Shown: positions 26,720 to 39,695 of the stretch, one piece after another
Position numbering within the stretch: the stretch's first letter is position 1
Layout: every line of letters starts with the position of its first letter
NCBI GenBank assembly: GCA_002269645.1
Contig: NIVC01000146.1
Location: 124,001 to 188,000, forward strand
Direction: 5' to 3'
DNA: 64,000 nucleotides
Source: Macrostomum lignano
Lineage: Eukaryota
Notes under the pieces: generated by a model
Database searches by the model: none
Told to the model about the DNA's origin: nothing
What the model saw: the letters and a program-made list of their open reading frames with translations, nothing else
Position numbers and translations under genes: made by a program

Positions 26720-27318
26720 TCCACACCCCATAGTCCAGATTCCACATCCAGTAGTCCAGATCCCACACCCTATAGTCCTGATTCCACAACCCGTAGTCCA
26801 GATTCCACATCTCATAGTCCCGATTTCACATCCCATAGTCCCGATTTCACATCCCATAGTCCCGATTTCACATCCCATAGTCCAGATTCCACATCTCATA
26901 GTCCCGATTCCACACCCGTAATCCCGATTCCACACCCTATAGTCCCGATCCCACACCCTATAGTCCCGATTCCACAACCCGTAGTCCAGATTCCACATCT
27001 CATAGTCCCGACTTCACATCCCATAGTCCCGATTCCACAGTTCATAGTCCCGATTTCACACCCCATAGTCCCAATTCCACATCCCACAGTCCCGATTCCA
27101 CACCCTATAGTTCAGCTTCCACATCTCGTTGTTCCGATTCCACACCCTATAGTCCCGATCCCACACTCTATAGTCCCGATTCCACACCCTATAGTCCCGA
27201 TTCCACACCATATAGTCCCGATTCCACACCATATAGTCCCGATTCCACACCTTACAGTCCCGATTTCACACCCCATAGTCCCAATTCCACATCCCACAGT
27301 CCCGATTCCGCACCCCAA
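26720..27318. repeat. 21-bp minisatellite (CATAGTCCCGATTCCACACCC)
   Basis: About 28 copies ending near the exon-4 acceptor. Confidence 0.95.
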
Positions 27319-27377
27319 GTCTTGACTCCAATCTGGTCTCTGGATTGCACTAACTCTCCCACCCCGCGCCCTCGCAG

Positions 27378-27523
27378 GCAAAATCAAGTACTCCGAAAAC
27401 GTTTACGACGCCTGCATGGAAGCTTTTGACTGCCTGCCGCTGGCCGCCCTCATGAACAACCAGTTCCTGTGCGTGCACGGCGGGCTCAGCCCGGAGATTC
27501 ACTCCCTGGACGATATTCGAAAG
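27378..27523 (+). CDS. PPP3CA: Calcineurin A exon 4 ([14 protein letters not shown]...[17 protein letters not shown])
   Basis: cgcag|GC at 27378; AAG|gtgata at 27524; HGG motif. Confidence 0.97.
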
Positions 27524-27827
27524 GTGATATTTAGGCCAACCTCCGTCATGATTGTAATGCCGGATCGTATGGATTTGAGTTGCGCTTCTAAAAATATGAT
27601 TCAGATTGTTTTGCTGCTGTTTAGTGCGGCTCAACTCGAGTATCCCCTCGCAGCGATGGAGAATGCGTGCTATGAAAATTCCTTGTCACTCAGGCTAACT
27701 ACTCCAGGCATGGCCCTGTCAACATGTTTATCAGTTATCAAAAACCATCCATTACACAGAATCCGCCTCCCCCTTAGATTTTTGCCTTCTTAGCACTTGC
27801 GTCATGCTTCACCACTCTTGAGAGTCC

Positions 27828-28070
27828 ATGAGATCCCCTTGACAGCCACTGTGATCCCCTTGACAGCCCCTGAGATCCCCTTGACAGCCCCTGAGATCCC
27901 CTTGACAGCACCTGAGATCCTTTGACAGCACCTGAGATCCACTTGACAGCCCCTGAGATCCCCTTGACAGCCACTGTGATCCCCTTGACAGCCCCTGAGA
28001 TCCCCTTGACAGCACCTGAGATCCACTTGATAGCCCCTGAGATCCCCTTGACAGTCACTGAAATCCCCAT
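27828..28070. repeat. 21-bp minisatellite (GAGATCCCCTTGACAGCCCCT)
   Basis: About 11 copies. Confidence 0.93.
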
Positions 28071-28291
28071 AAAATCCCATTGAGAGCCTCCTGGCCTAAG
28101 ATAAGATCCCATTGAGAGCCCTGAGCTCTCCAGGGTCCTGCCTATGAGATCTATATGAGATTTACGGCATTGCCCCGCTCAAATGATTCTCAGGCTACGT
28201 AGAATCGCAGCGCCACCTTTTCAGCAAATAATAGAAACAGTTCCACAGCTTCATCTGGGGGGGGGGCTTCATCCCCCTTATTGCACTGCAG

Positions 28292-28509
28292 ATTGACCGG
28301 TTCCGCGAGCCGCCCGCCTTTGGCCCGATGTGCGACCTGCTCTGGTCCGACCCGCTGGAGGACTTCGGCCAAGAGAAAACTGGCGAGCACTACTGCCACA
28401 ACAGCGTGCGCGGCTGCTCATACTTTTACAGCTTTCCCGCCTGCTGCGACTTCCTGGCTACCAACAACCTGCTGTCAGTCATCAGGGCGCACGAGGCGCA
28501 GGACGCTGG
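28292..28509 (+). CDS. PPP3CA: Calcineurin A exon 5 ([21 protein letters not shown]...RAHEAQDAG)
   Basis: tgcag|ATT at 28292; GG|gtgagt at 28510; WSDP and RAHE motifs. Confidence 0.97.
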
Positions 28510-28532
28510 GTGAGTCCGGCTGCCTGCGCTAC

Positions 28533-28581
<49 letters not shown>

Positions 28582-28588
28582 GACCGTA

Positions 28589-28633
<45 letters not shown>

Positions 28634-28656
28634 GACCGTATGTCTGTCTGGCCGTA

Positions 28657-28708
<52 letters not shown>

Positions 28709-29116
28709 CGTATGTCTGTCTGTCTGTATGTCTGTCCGTATGTCTGTCTGTCTGTCTGTCCGTATGTCTGTCTGTCTGTCTATCTGTCTGTCTGTCTGTC
28801 TGTCTGTCTGCCCGTCAGTCTGTCTGTCTGTCCATACATGCGCAACAGTCGGCCGAGTCGGCCGATCCGGCCGACCGATTTGGCGGCCAACCAAGGAAGT
28901 CGCAAAAATGCCCACCCGAAAAAACAAAAAGTAGCTGACGAGGCATTTTGGCTTTAGAAGACAGTCATAGTTACTCCTGCCGTTTACCCAAAGTTGCGTT
29001 AATTTTGCTTACGGGTTTCTTTTCATGTAAGTCGCACTTTTGGCCAAAAACTACGTCGCATTTTTGTTAAAACTAAGTCGCACGGCCAACCGAATTTTGG
29101 AGGTTGCGCATGTATG

Positions 29117-29149
<33 letters not shown>

Positions 29150-29185
29150 ATCTGTCTGTCTGTCTGTCCATCTATCTATCTGTCT
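28533..29185. repeat. (TGTC)n microsatellite, interrupted by a MITE at 28833-29116
   Basis: Direct observation. Confidence 0.95.
28833..29116. mobile_element. hAT-type MITE, copy 1 (284 bp)
   Basis: 14-bp TIRs CATACATGCGCAAC / GTTGCGCATGTATG; flanks TGTCTGTC on both sides; homologous over its full length to 57365-57662. Confidence 0.92.
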
Positions 29186-29998
29186 TTATGTATATAGAAC
29201 TTTCTGGCTGTCTGCCTACGTGTTAATAGCTCATAGAATCACTTATAAAAAGCCAAACCATTTGCAAAACCCCCAAGCAAAAGCTAGTTAGAGAACAGGA
29301 GCTACAGAATGAGTTCAGAGACGAAGAGATGAAACGGTGTTCAGTTTATCGAAGCCCTTTAAATTGTCTGAGAAGCTTTTAGAACTCAAATTCGATTTCT
29401 GATCAGCTTACCGTATTTGGGGGGTGGGATGGGATGGGTTCATGTATTAGCAAAGTCTCCATTGCGTCGGGGGGGATGGCTGAACTTCCCTGTCTGGTGT
29501 CTGTTGTGAAAGCTGTTAGAGAGAAGTACGCACTGCTCATGAATTATTCTATTGGATGATGTGACGGGGCCTTCATTCAACCCATTGGAGTGTTCTTACT
29601 TTCCCGTGTTAGTTTTTTCATCTTGGTCAGCTGTGCTTTGAGGGCCGAACCGCTGTCAAGTTTCAGCAGTCCGTCAGCGTCTTTGAGGCGCGTCAGATCT
29701 TGTTAGTTTCCGAGAGCCAACAAGTCCCATAAGTCCCAACTGCTAATGACTATCGAGTTCAGCTAAATGAATTGAATCTAGTCCTTGTTTCCATGGTTAC
29801 ACCTGCTGCTATATCTTTGTCATAGAGCTGCTTCAATTCCCTCTCCTGGCTTTGCCTCCCCACCTGATGCTCAGAAAGCTAAAAACTGTTCGTCTGGAAT
29901 ACAGGAGACTCAAGTAGCCAGCTCGGGCCCGCTGCTAAGAGTGCCACTTCATTGCTATAAGTGCAGCTGCACTTGAGCCTGTCTGCCAGACTCTATAG

Positions 29999-31740
<1,742 letters not shown>

Positions 31741-31792
31741 GTGAGAGAAATGTTTAGGCCTGGATTATCTGATTAATCATTAGAATGGTTAA

Positions 31793-32008
<216 letters not shown>

Positions 32009-32089
32009 TAATTGACTTCCTAACCTAGTCTACTGTCAGTAGCATTTGAGAAACCGAAATAAATAAAATCAATTTTTTGTTGCTTGCAG

Positions 32090-32167
32090 TGACCGAAATG
32101 CTGGTGAATGTGCTCAATATCTGCTCGGATGACGAGCTCCTGTCTGAGGCCGACGAAGGCATGGACG
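32090..32167 (+). CDS. PPP3CA: Calcineurin A exon 8 (VTEMLVNVLNICSDDELLSEADEGMD; end of the CnB-binding helix)
   Basis: tgcag|TG at 32090; G|gtaagt at 32168. Confidence 0.96.
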
Positions 32168-32490
32168 GTAAGTGGGTCGGAATTCCCGTGGGTTTGGGGT
32201 TAATTACCATCCTGATGGTCTGCCGTGAACAAAGGTTTTGCTGTGCTTCATTATTCGTATTCGTTTTTAAAGTAGAGTTCAAGTAGAGATTTGATTTGCA
32301 CCAAGCACTCACATTATTGGCAACAGTCCTGTCGCCACTGCGGCTGTCCAGCTTCAACCTTATTAGCTAGCTACTGCTAGTAGTAGATTGTGACTCCCCG
32401 CGTGCACCGGCCGCATTTAATGCCAGTCATGTTTTAGCTTGATTTTGTTTAAATCGCAGATTTCCTGTCCATTTTTCTGTTGTCTTTCAG

Positions 32491-32508
32491 GATCAAATTC
32501 TGCCAAAG
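32491..32508 (+). CDS. PPP3CA: Candidate 18-nt calcineurin A microexon (adds GSNSAK)
   Basis: Long pyrimidine tract tttcctgtccatttttctgttgtctttcag, then GATCAAATTCTGCCAAAG, then gtatgg; phase 1-1, frame preserving, no stop. Confidence 0.6.
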
Positions 32509-32694
32509 GTATGGCTTGCTGCAGCTCAGCATTGCTTAGCAAACCGTCAATATTCATCGCTTTTAGAAGTACTACTTGCTAGTAATGAAAAACATTGTTT
32601 TATTGTGTTATTCAATGCAAGCAATTTTGATTTTTGTGCACCAGCAATTCGTTTGTCATAGAGGCCTGACTAATGACAGTGGCGAGCTTTACTA

Positions 32695-34866
32695 AGTAAC
32701 CGAGTGAATGATACAGTGACTAAGTGAGTAATTCAGTGACCGAGTGAATGATACAGTGACTAAGTGAGTAATTCAGTGACCGAGTGAATGATACAGTGAC
32801 TAAGTGAGTAATTCAGTGACTGAGTGAATGATACAGTGACTAAGTGAGTAATTCAGTGACCGAGTGAATGATTCAGTGACTAAGTGAGTAATTCAGTGAC
32901 GGAGTGAATGATACAGTGACTAAGTGAGTAATTCAGTGACCGAGTGAATGATTCAGTGACTAAGTGAGTAATTCAGTGACGGAGTGAATGATACAGTGAC
33001 TAAGTGAGTAATTCAGTGACTGAGTGAATGATTCAGTGACTGAGTGAATGATTCAGTGACTGAGTGAGTAATTCAGTGACCGAGTGAATGATTCAGTGAC
33101 TAAGTGAGTAATTCAGTGACTGAGTGAATGATACAGTGACTAAGTGAGTAATTCAGTGACCGAGTGAATGATTCAGTGACTAAGTGAGTAATTCAGTGAC
33201 GGAGTGAATGATACAGTGACTAAGTGAGTAATTCAGTGACTGAGTGAATGATTCAGTGACTGAGTGAATGATTCAGTGACTGAGTGAGTAATTCAGTGAC
33301 CGAGTGAATGATTCAGTGACTAAGTGAGTAATTCAGTGACGGAGTGAATGATACAGTGACTAAGTGAGTAATTCAGTGACCGAGTGAATGATTCAGTGAC
33401 TAAGTGAGTAATTCAGTGACGGAGTGAATGATACAGTGACTAAGTGAGTAATTCAGTGACCGAGTGAATGATTCAGTGACTAAGTGAGTAATTCAGTGAC
33501 GGAGTGAATGATACAGTGACTAAGTGAGTAATTCAGTGACCGAGTGAATGATACAGTGACTAAGTGAGTAATTCAGTGACCGAGTGAATGATACAGTGAC
33601 TAAGTGAGTAATTCAGTGACGGAGTGAATGATTCAGTGACAAGTGAGTAATTCAGTGACGGAGTGAATGATACAGTGACTAAGTGAGTAATTCAGTGACC
33701 GGTGAATGATTCAGTGACTAAGTGAGTAATTCAGTGACGGAGTGAATGATTCAGTGACAAGTGAGTAATTCAGTGACCGAGTGAATGATACAGTGACTAA
33801 GTGAGTAATTCAGTGACCGGTGAATGATTCAGTGACTGGGTGAATGATTCAGTGACTGAGTGAGTAATTCAGTGACCGAGTGAATGATTCAGTGACTAAG
33901 TGAGTAATTCAGTGACCGAGTGAATGATTCAGTGACTAAGTGAGTAATTCAGTGACGGAGTGAATGATACAGTGACTAAGTGAGTAATTCAGTGACCGAG
34001 TGAATGATTCAGTGACTAAGTGAGTAATTCAGTGACGGAGTGAATGATACAGTGACTAAGTGAGTAATTCAGTGACCGAGTGAATGATTCAGTGACTAAG
34101 TGAGTAATTCAGTGACGGAGTGAATGATACAGTGACTAAGTGAGTAATTCAGTGACCGAGTGAATGATACAGTGACTAAGTGAGTAATTCAGTGACCGAG
34201 TGAATGATACAGTGACTAAGTGAGTAATTCAGTGACGGAGTGAATGATTCAGTGACAAGTGAGTAATTCAGTGACCGAGTGAATGATACAGTGACTAAGT
34301 GAGTAATTCAGTGACCGGTGAATGATTCAGTGACTGAGTGAATGATTCAGTGACTGAGTGAGTAATTCAGTGACCGAGTGAATGATTCAGTGACTAAGTG
34401 AGTAATTCAGTGACGGAGTGAATGATACAGTGACTAAGTGAGTAATTCAGTGACCGAGTGAATGATTCAGTGACTAAGTGAGTAATTCAGTGACGGAGTG
34501 AATGATACAGTGACTAAGTGAGTAATTCAGTGACCGAGTGAATGATTCAGTGACTGAATGAAGGATTCAGTGACCGAGTGAATGATTCAGTGACTGAATG
34601 AAGGATTCAGTGACCGAGTGAATGATTCAGTGACTGAATGAAGGATTCAGTGACCGAGTGAATGATTCAGTGACTGAATGAAGGATTCAGTGAACGAGTG
34701 AATGATTCAGTGACTGAATGAAGGATTCAGTGAACGAGTGAATGATACAGTGACTGAGTGATGATTCAGTGACCGAGTGAATGATTCCGTGACTGAGTGA
34801 TGATTCAGTGACTGAATGAAGGATTCAGTGGCCGAGTGAATGATTCAGTGACTGAGTGACTGAGTG
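32695..34866. repeat. 20-bp minisatellite organised as 40-bp dimers (TTCAGTGACTAAGTGAGTAA / TWCAGTGACSGAGTGAATGA)
   Basis: About 108 monomers; the largest array in the window. Confidence 0.98.
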
Positions 34867-35031
34867 AGATAACTTTTCTTTTATCGTGATAACGGGATTG
34901 CAAATTTTGAGCTACTTTTAGACGATCTACTAGAATAGTTTTTTGTCTCTACTTGCTACTGCCAGTAGAGAAATGCGCAAACTATTAATACTCCGTCCTT
35001 TATTTTGCATATGCAAAAACGCCACATTCAG

Positions 35032-35040
35032 TGCCAACAG
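35032..35040 (+). CDS. PPP3CA: Candidate 9-nt calcineurin A microexon (adds VPT)
   Basis: ttcag|TGCCAACAG|gtaagc; strong donor; ~59-nt AG-free zone upstream with a displaced pyrimidine tract and TGC at 35012-35014; phase 1-1. Confidence 0.5.
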
Positions 35041-35372
35041 GTAAGCGCAGCGGTTTCGGTTCAGCCGATGCAGTGCACGGGGTTTCCACCTGCTGGTGCA
35101 CGCGAATTTTGCTTGTTTGTCCTTCACCAAATCAATAATAACTGCTACTGTGGTCTCTCTGAATTGCTATCGAATATTCATTTTTTCTTATACAAGTTTC
35201 CTTCGGTTATTCTTTGCGCATGTCAGTCGGTCCGCGTGTTCGTCCACTATTCACTTTATATGGTTTTTTTCTATGCATATTTTCTGTATTTCTTCTTGCT
35301 ATTTTTGTCATTCCACTGCATACCTATTGCTTGTTTTCTGCTGGGCTCACTGTAGTTCTGTTATGGCAATTT

Positions 35373-36440
35373 TTCAGGATCCTCCCCCACCTCCTGACCG
35401 ATTGTTTCAGGATCCTCCCTCACCTCCTGACCGATTCTTTCAGGATCCTCCCCCCCATCTCCTGGCCGATTCTTTCAGGATCCTCCCCTTCCTCCTGACC
35501 GAGTCTTTCAGGATCCTCCCCCATCTCCTGACCGAGTCTTTCAGGATCCTCCCCCATCTCCTGACCGATTGTTTCAGGATCCTCCCCCACCTCCTGACCG
35601 ATTCTTTCAGGATGCTCCCCCCATCTCCTGGCCGATTCTTTCAGGATCCTCCCCTTCCTCCTGACCGAGTCTTTCAGGATCCTCCCCCATCTCCTGACCG
35701 ATTGTTTCAGGATCCTCCCCCACCTCCTGACCGATTCTTTCAGGATGCTCCCCCCACCTCCTGACCGATTGTTTCAGGATCCTCCCCTTCCTCCTGACCG
35801 AGTCTTTCAGGATCCCCCCCCACCTCCTGACCGATTGTTTCAGGATCCTCCCCCCACCTCCTAACCGATTCTTTCAAGATCCTCCCTCACCTCCTGACCG
35901 ATTCTTTCAGGATCCTCCCCCCACCTCCTAACCGATTCTTTCAGGATCCTCCCCCACCTCCTGACCGATTGTTTCAGGATCCTCCCCCACCTCCTGACCG
36001 ATTCTTTCAGGATCCTCCCCCACCTCCTGACCGATTCTTTCAGGATCCTCCCCCCACCTCCTAACCGATTCTTTCAGGATCCTCCCCCACCTCCTGACCG
36101 ATTGTTTCAGGATCCTCCCCACCTCCTGACCGATTCTTTCAGGATCCTCCCCCACCTCCTAACCGATTCTTTCAGGATCCTCCCCCACCTCCTGACCGAT
36201 TCTTTCAGGATCCTCCCCCTACCTGACCGATTCTTTCAGGATCCTCCCCCCATCTCCTGACCGATTGTTTCAGGATCCTCCCCCATCTCCTGACCGATTC
36301 TTTTAGGCTATCCTCCCCCAACTCCTGACCGATTCTTTCAGGATCCTCCCCCACCTCCTGACCGATTCTTTTAGGATCCTCCCCCCCATCTCCTGACCGA
36401 TTGTTTCAGGATCCTCCCCCATCTCCTGACCGATTGTTTC
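35373..36440. repeat. 33-bp minisatellite (TTTCAGGATCCTCCCCCACCTCCTGACCGATTC)
   Basis: About 32 copies. Confidence 0.97.
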
Positions 36441-36610
36441 ATCTTACCGGCCCCTTTCTAAGCCTGCCACTGCCCAAATAGATCAAACGCACTGTCTTGG
36501 CTCACAGTTCTGTCTTGGTGGCTGCATTAACTTTTTGCTAAATTATTAAACTGTATTGACTCACTGACTCAAAGCTTGACCCACTTACTGACCCACTGAC
36601 CAATCCCCAG

Positions 36611-36793
36611 CGAACGCCATGGCGGCCCGCAAGGAGGTGATTCGTAACAAGATTCGCGCCATTGGCAAAATGGCCCGCGTTTTCACCGTACTGCGCGAGG
36701 AGTCCGAATCTGTGCTGGAGCTCAAGGGACTCACGCCCAACGGCATGCTGCCTACGGGTGTGCTCAGCGGCGGCCGCGAGTCCCTGTCTAGCG
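36611..36793 (+). CDS. PPP3CA: Calcineurin A exon 9 (calmodulin-binding domain: [24 protein letters not shown])
   Basis: cccag|CG at 36611; G|gtgagc at 36794. Confidence 0.97.
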
Positions 36794-36854
36794 GTGAGCA
36801 GCCATGTCTGTTTGCTTGTTGGTTGTTGCCTATCTTGCCTTGCTCAACCTTTAG

Positions 36855-37330
36855 CTACCCACCCACCCACCCACTCATCCCTAATGCTACCCACCTCACT
36901 CATCCCCAATGCTACCCACCTCACTCATCCCCAATGCTACCCACCTCACTCATCCCCAATGCTACCCACCCCACTCATCCCTAATGCTACCCACCTCACT
37001 CATCCCCAATGCTACCCACCTCACTCATCCCCAATGCTACCCACCCCACTCATCCCCAATGCTACCCACCCCACTCATCCCAATGCTACCCACCCCACTC
37101 ATCCCCAATGCTACCCACCCCACTCATCCCCAATGCTACCCACCTTACTCATCCCCAATGCTACCCACCCCACTCATCCCCAATGCTACCCACCCCACTC
37201 ATCCCCAATGCTACCCACCCCACTCATCCCCAATGCTACCCACCTTACTCATCCCCAATGCTACCCACCCCACTCATCCCCAATGCTACCCACCTTACTC
37301 ATCCCCAATGCTACCCACCCCACTCATCAC
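36855..37330. repeat. 25-bp C-rich minisatellite (CACTCATCCCCAATGCTACCCACCC)
   Basis: About 19 copies filling intron 9. Confidence 0.96.
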
Positions 37331-37355
37331 TCACTGCCATGTCCCTCCCCCGCAG

Positions 37356-37483
37356 CTGTCGGCGGCTTCAATCCGCACCACAAGATCAGCGGCTTCGAGG
37401 AGGCCAAGGCCATTGACAAGGTCAACGAGCGGATGCCGCCTCGTCGCGACGCTCCCGGCGGCAGCGGCGACGCCTCGAACTGA
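37356..37483 (+). CDS. PPP3CA: Calcineurin A exon 10 (last; autoinhibitory domain [19 protein letters not shown])
   Basis: cgcag|CT at 37356; TGA 37481-37483; AATAAA candidates at 37679 and 38913. Confidence 0.96.
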
Positions 37484-38044
37484 AGCTGAGCTGTCTTGGA
37501 TCTGCAGTATTGGCTATGCTCGGACACCTGGCCGAATTCATCTGATATTGGCTATGCTCGGACACCTGGCCGAATTGATCTGAACCCTCCTCCCCCATGT
37601 AAGTCTCTGGCTACCTGATTTTCCAAATCTCTTACTGTTCTGACTGACTGCTGTGAGTTAATCGCGGCACAGGCTCGCAATAAAATTCAATAGGCTTTTT
37701 TCAATGTATAAACCAGGTTGTAAGTTGTAACTAATGTCTCACAGTTATTGAGACTCTACTGTTTCTCAGCCTCAGCCTGTCTGTCTCACATCTGCTCTGT
37801 CTGGTTGGGCTTTTAAATATTTATCAGAGAGGCTTTTTGATCATTGATTTTGCATGACGCTATCACACATTATTGTCCTCGCACTGCTAAGCTTTCCCGG
37901 CGCATCTCACACCTTTTCTTTTTTTGTTTAGTTTTTTATTTACCTTTTTTGGCTTTTCAACTTTATCTGCTATTATTCAAAGAATTCTAGAAACTCTGCT
38001 TTTGAACTGTGCTAGTCACGAATATGGGCCTCCTGCTCTGCCCC

Positions 38045-38348
38045 TACTCAGCCCCTACTCAGCCCCTACTCAGCCCCTACTCAGCCCCTACTCAGCCCCT
38101 ACTCAAACCCTAGCTACTCAACCCTAGTTACTCAACCCCGACTCAACCTCTACTCAGCCCCTACTCAGCCCCTACTCAGCCCCTACTCAGCCCCTACTCA
38201 GCCCCTACTCAAACCCTAGCTACTCAACCCTAGTTACTCAACCCCGACTCAACCTCTACTCAGCCCCTACTCAGCCCCTACTCAGCCCCTACTCAGCCCT
38301 TACTCAGCCCCTACTTAACCCCTACTCAAGCCCTACTTGACCCCTACT
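38045..38348. repeat. 11-bp minisatellite (CTCAGCCCCTA)
   Basis: Tandem copies downstream of the calcineurin stop. Confidence 0.9.
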
Positions 38349-39154
38349 CATTCCTTCATATGTTTTCAAGCTGCCCATTGCGCAATCACTGCCCGTTATC
38401 GCTTTACTAAGTCATCAGATAAGCGGCAATAAATCTATTCTAGTTGCTATCGCATTATTATTAAAGTTTTTGTTGTATTTTCCTGACTGTTATCAATGTT
38501 TCTTTTCCTACTGCCTACACGCATAGAGATGTTCCTCTGTCGCCAGAGGCTTCATATTGTAGTCACATTTATAATCCTATAACTGAGAACTCTCTGGTTT
38601 ACCTTGTGTTACAAAACTATTTATCTCCGACTGTCATAATTGTTTATCTGTTTCGAATTATTGAGAGACTCCGCTATTGGCACCCTTCGATCCCGGAGAC
38701 TGCCTGTTTGGTGATAAGTGATTGATTGATTGTACTTTATTGATCTAATCTCCCCCCGAGTCTCAGTCTAATCTCGCTAATTCAGTGAATTTAATTAGCT
38801 TGGTATTATTATATTTCCCAATGCAATGTGCAATATGAGTCCAGCTGTCCCTTCTGTCCCCATTTTTGGTATTTTTGTTATTTTGTTATATATAGGCGCG
38901 TTTCTTTAAATTAATAAATCGTTAAATTCGTTTTCGCTAATATTTATTGCAAATTTGTTAACTGAGAATTTACTCATTCAGATAATAACAAAATTATTGC
39001 GTCAGTTTTTCTCTTTTTTATTTATTTCATACTACCAATAGTACTGATCAGTTCGCTCAGTGCTCTCAGAATTCATACTTTAAAGCGCGGTTTAAGTCTG
39101 TATCAATGCGTCTACGATTATGGCAAGGTCGACTCATTACATGCTTACTGGAAA

Positions 39155-39695
39155 GTTGGGTCAGACAGGCGTGGGCGGGTTCCGGCACTCCATGAGCAGC
39201 TCGGTGCTCTCTGGTGAGGTCAGTTGGGGTCAGACAGGCGTGGGCGGGTTCCGGCACTCCATGAGCAGCTCGGTGCTCTCTGGTGAGGTCAGTTGGGGTC
39301 AGACAGGCGTGGGCGGGTTCCGGCACTCCATGAGCAGCTCGGTGCTCTCTGGTGAGGTCAGTTGGGGTCAGACAGGCGTGGGCGGGTTCCGGCACTCCAT
39401 GAGCAGCTCGGTGCTCTCTGGTGAGGTCAGTTGGGGTCAGACAGGCGTGGGCGGGTTCCGGCACTCCATGAGCAGCTCGGTGCTCTCTGGTGAGGTCAGT
39501 TGGGGTCAGACAGGCGTGGGCGGGTTCCGGCACTCCATGAGCAGCTCGGTGCTCTCTGGTGAGGTCAATTGGGGTCAGACAGGCGTGGGCGGGTTCCGGC
39601 ACTCCATGAGCAGCTCGGTGCTCTCTGGTGAGGTCAATTGGGGTCAGACAGGCGTGGGCGGGTTCCGGCACTCCATGAGCAGCTCGTTGCTCTCT
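39155..39695. repeat. 69-bp tandem array (8 copies) derived from the last codons, stop and proximal 3' UTR of the two-TM gene
   Basis: TCA (the minus-strand stop) recurs at 39161+69n up to 39644; copies near identical. Confidence 0.97.

Noticed and set aside
37508-37583. Two-copy 38-bp duplication in the calcineurin 3' UTR
   Set aside because: Simple local duplication with no evidence of function
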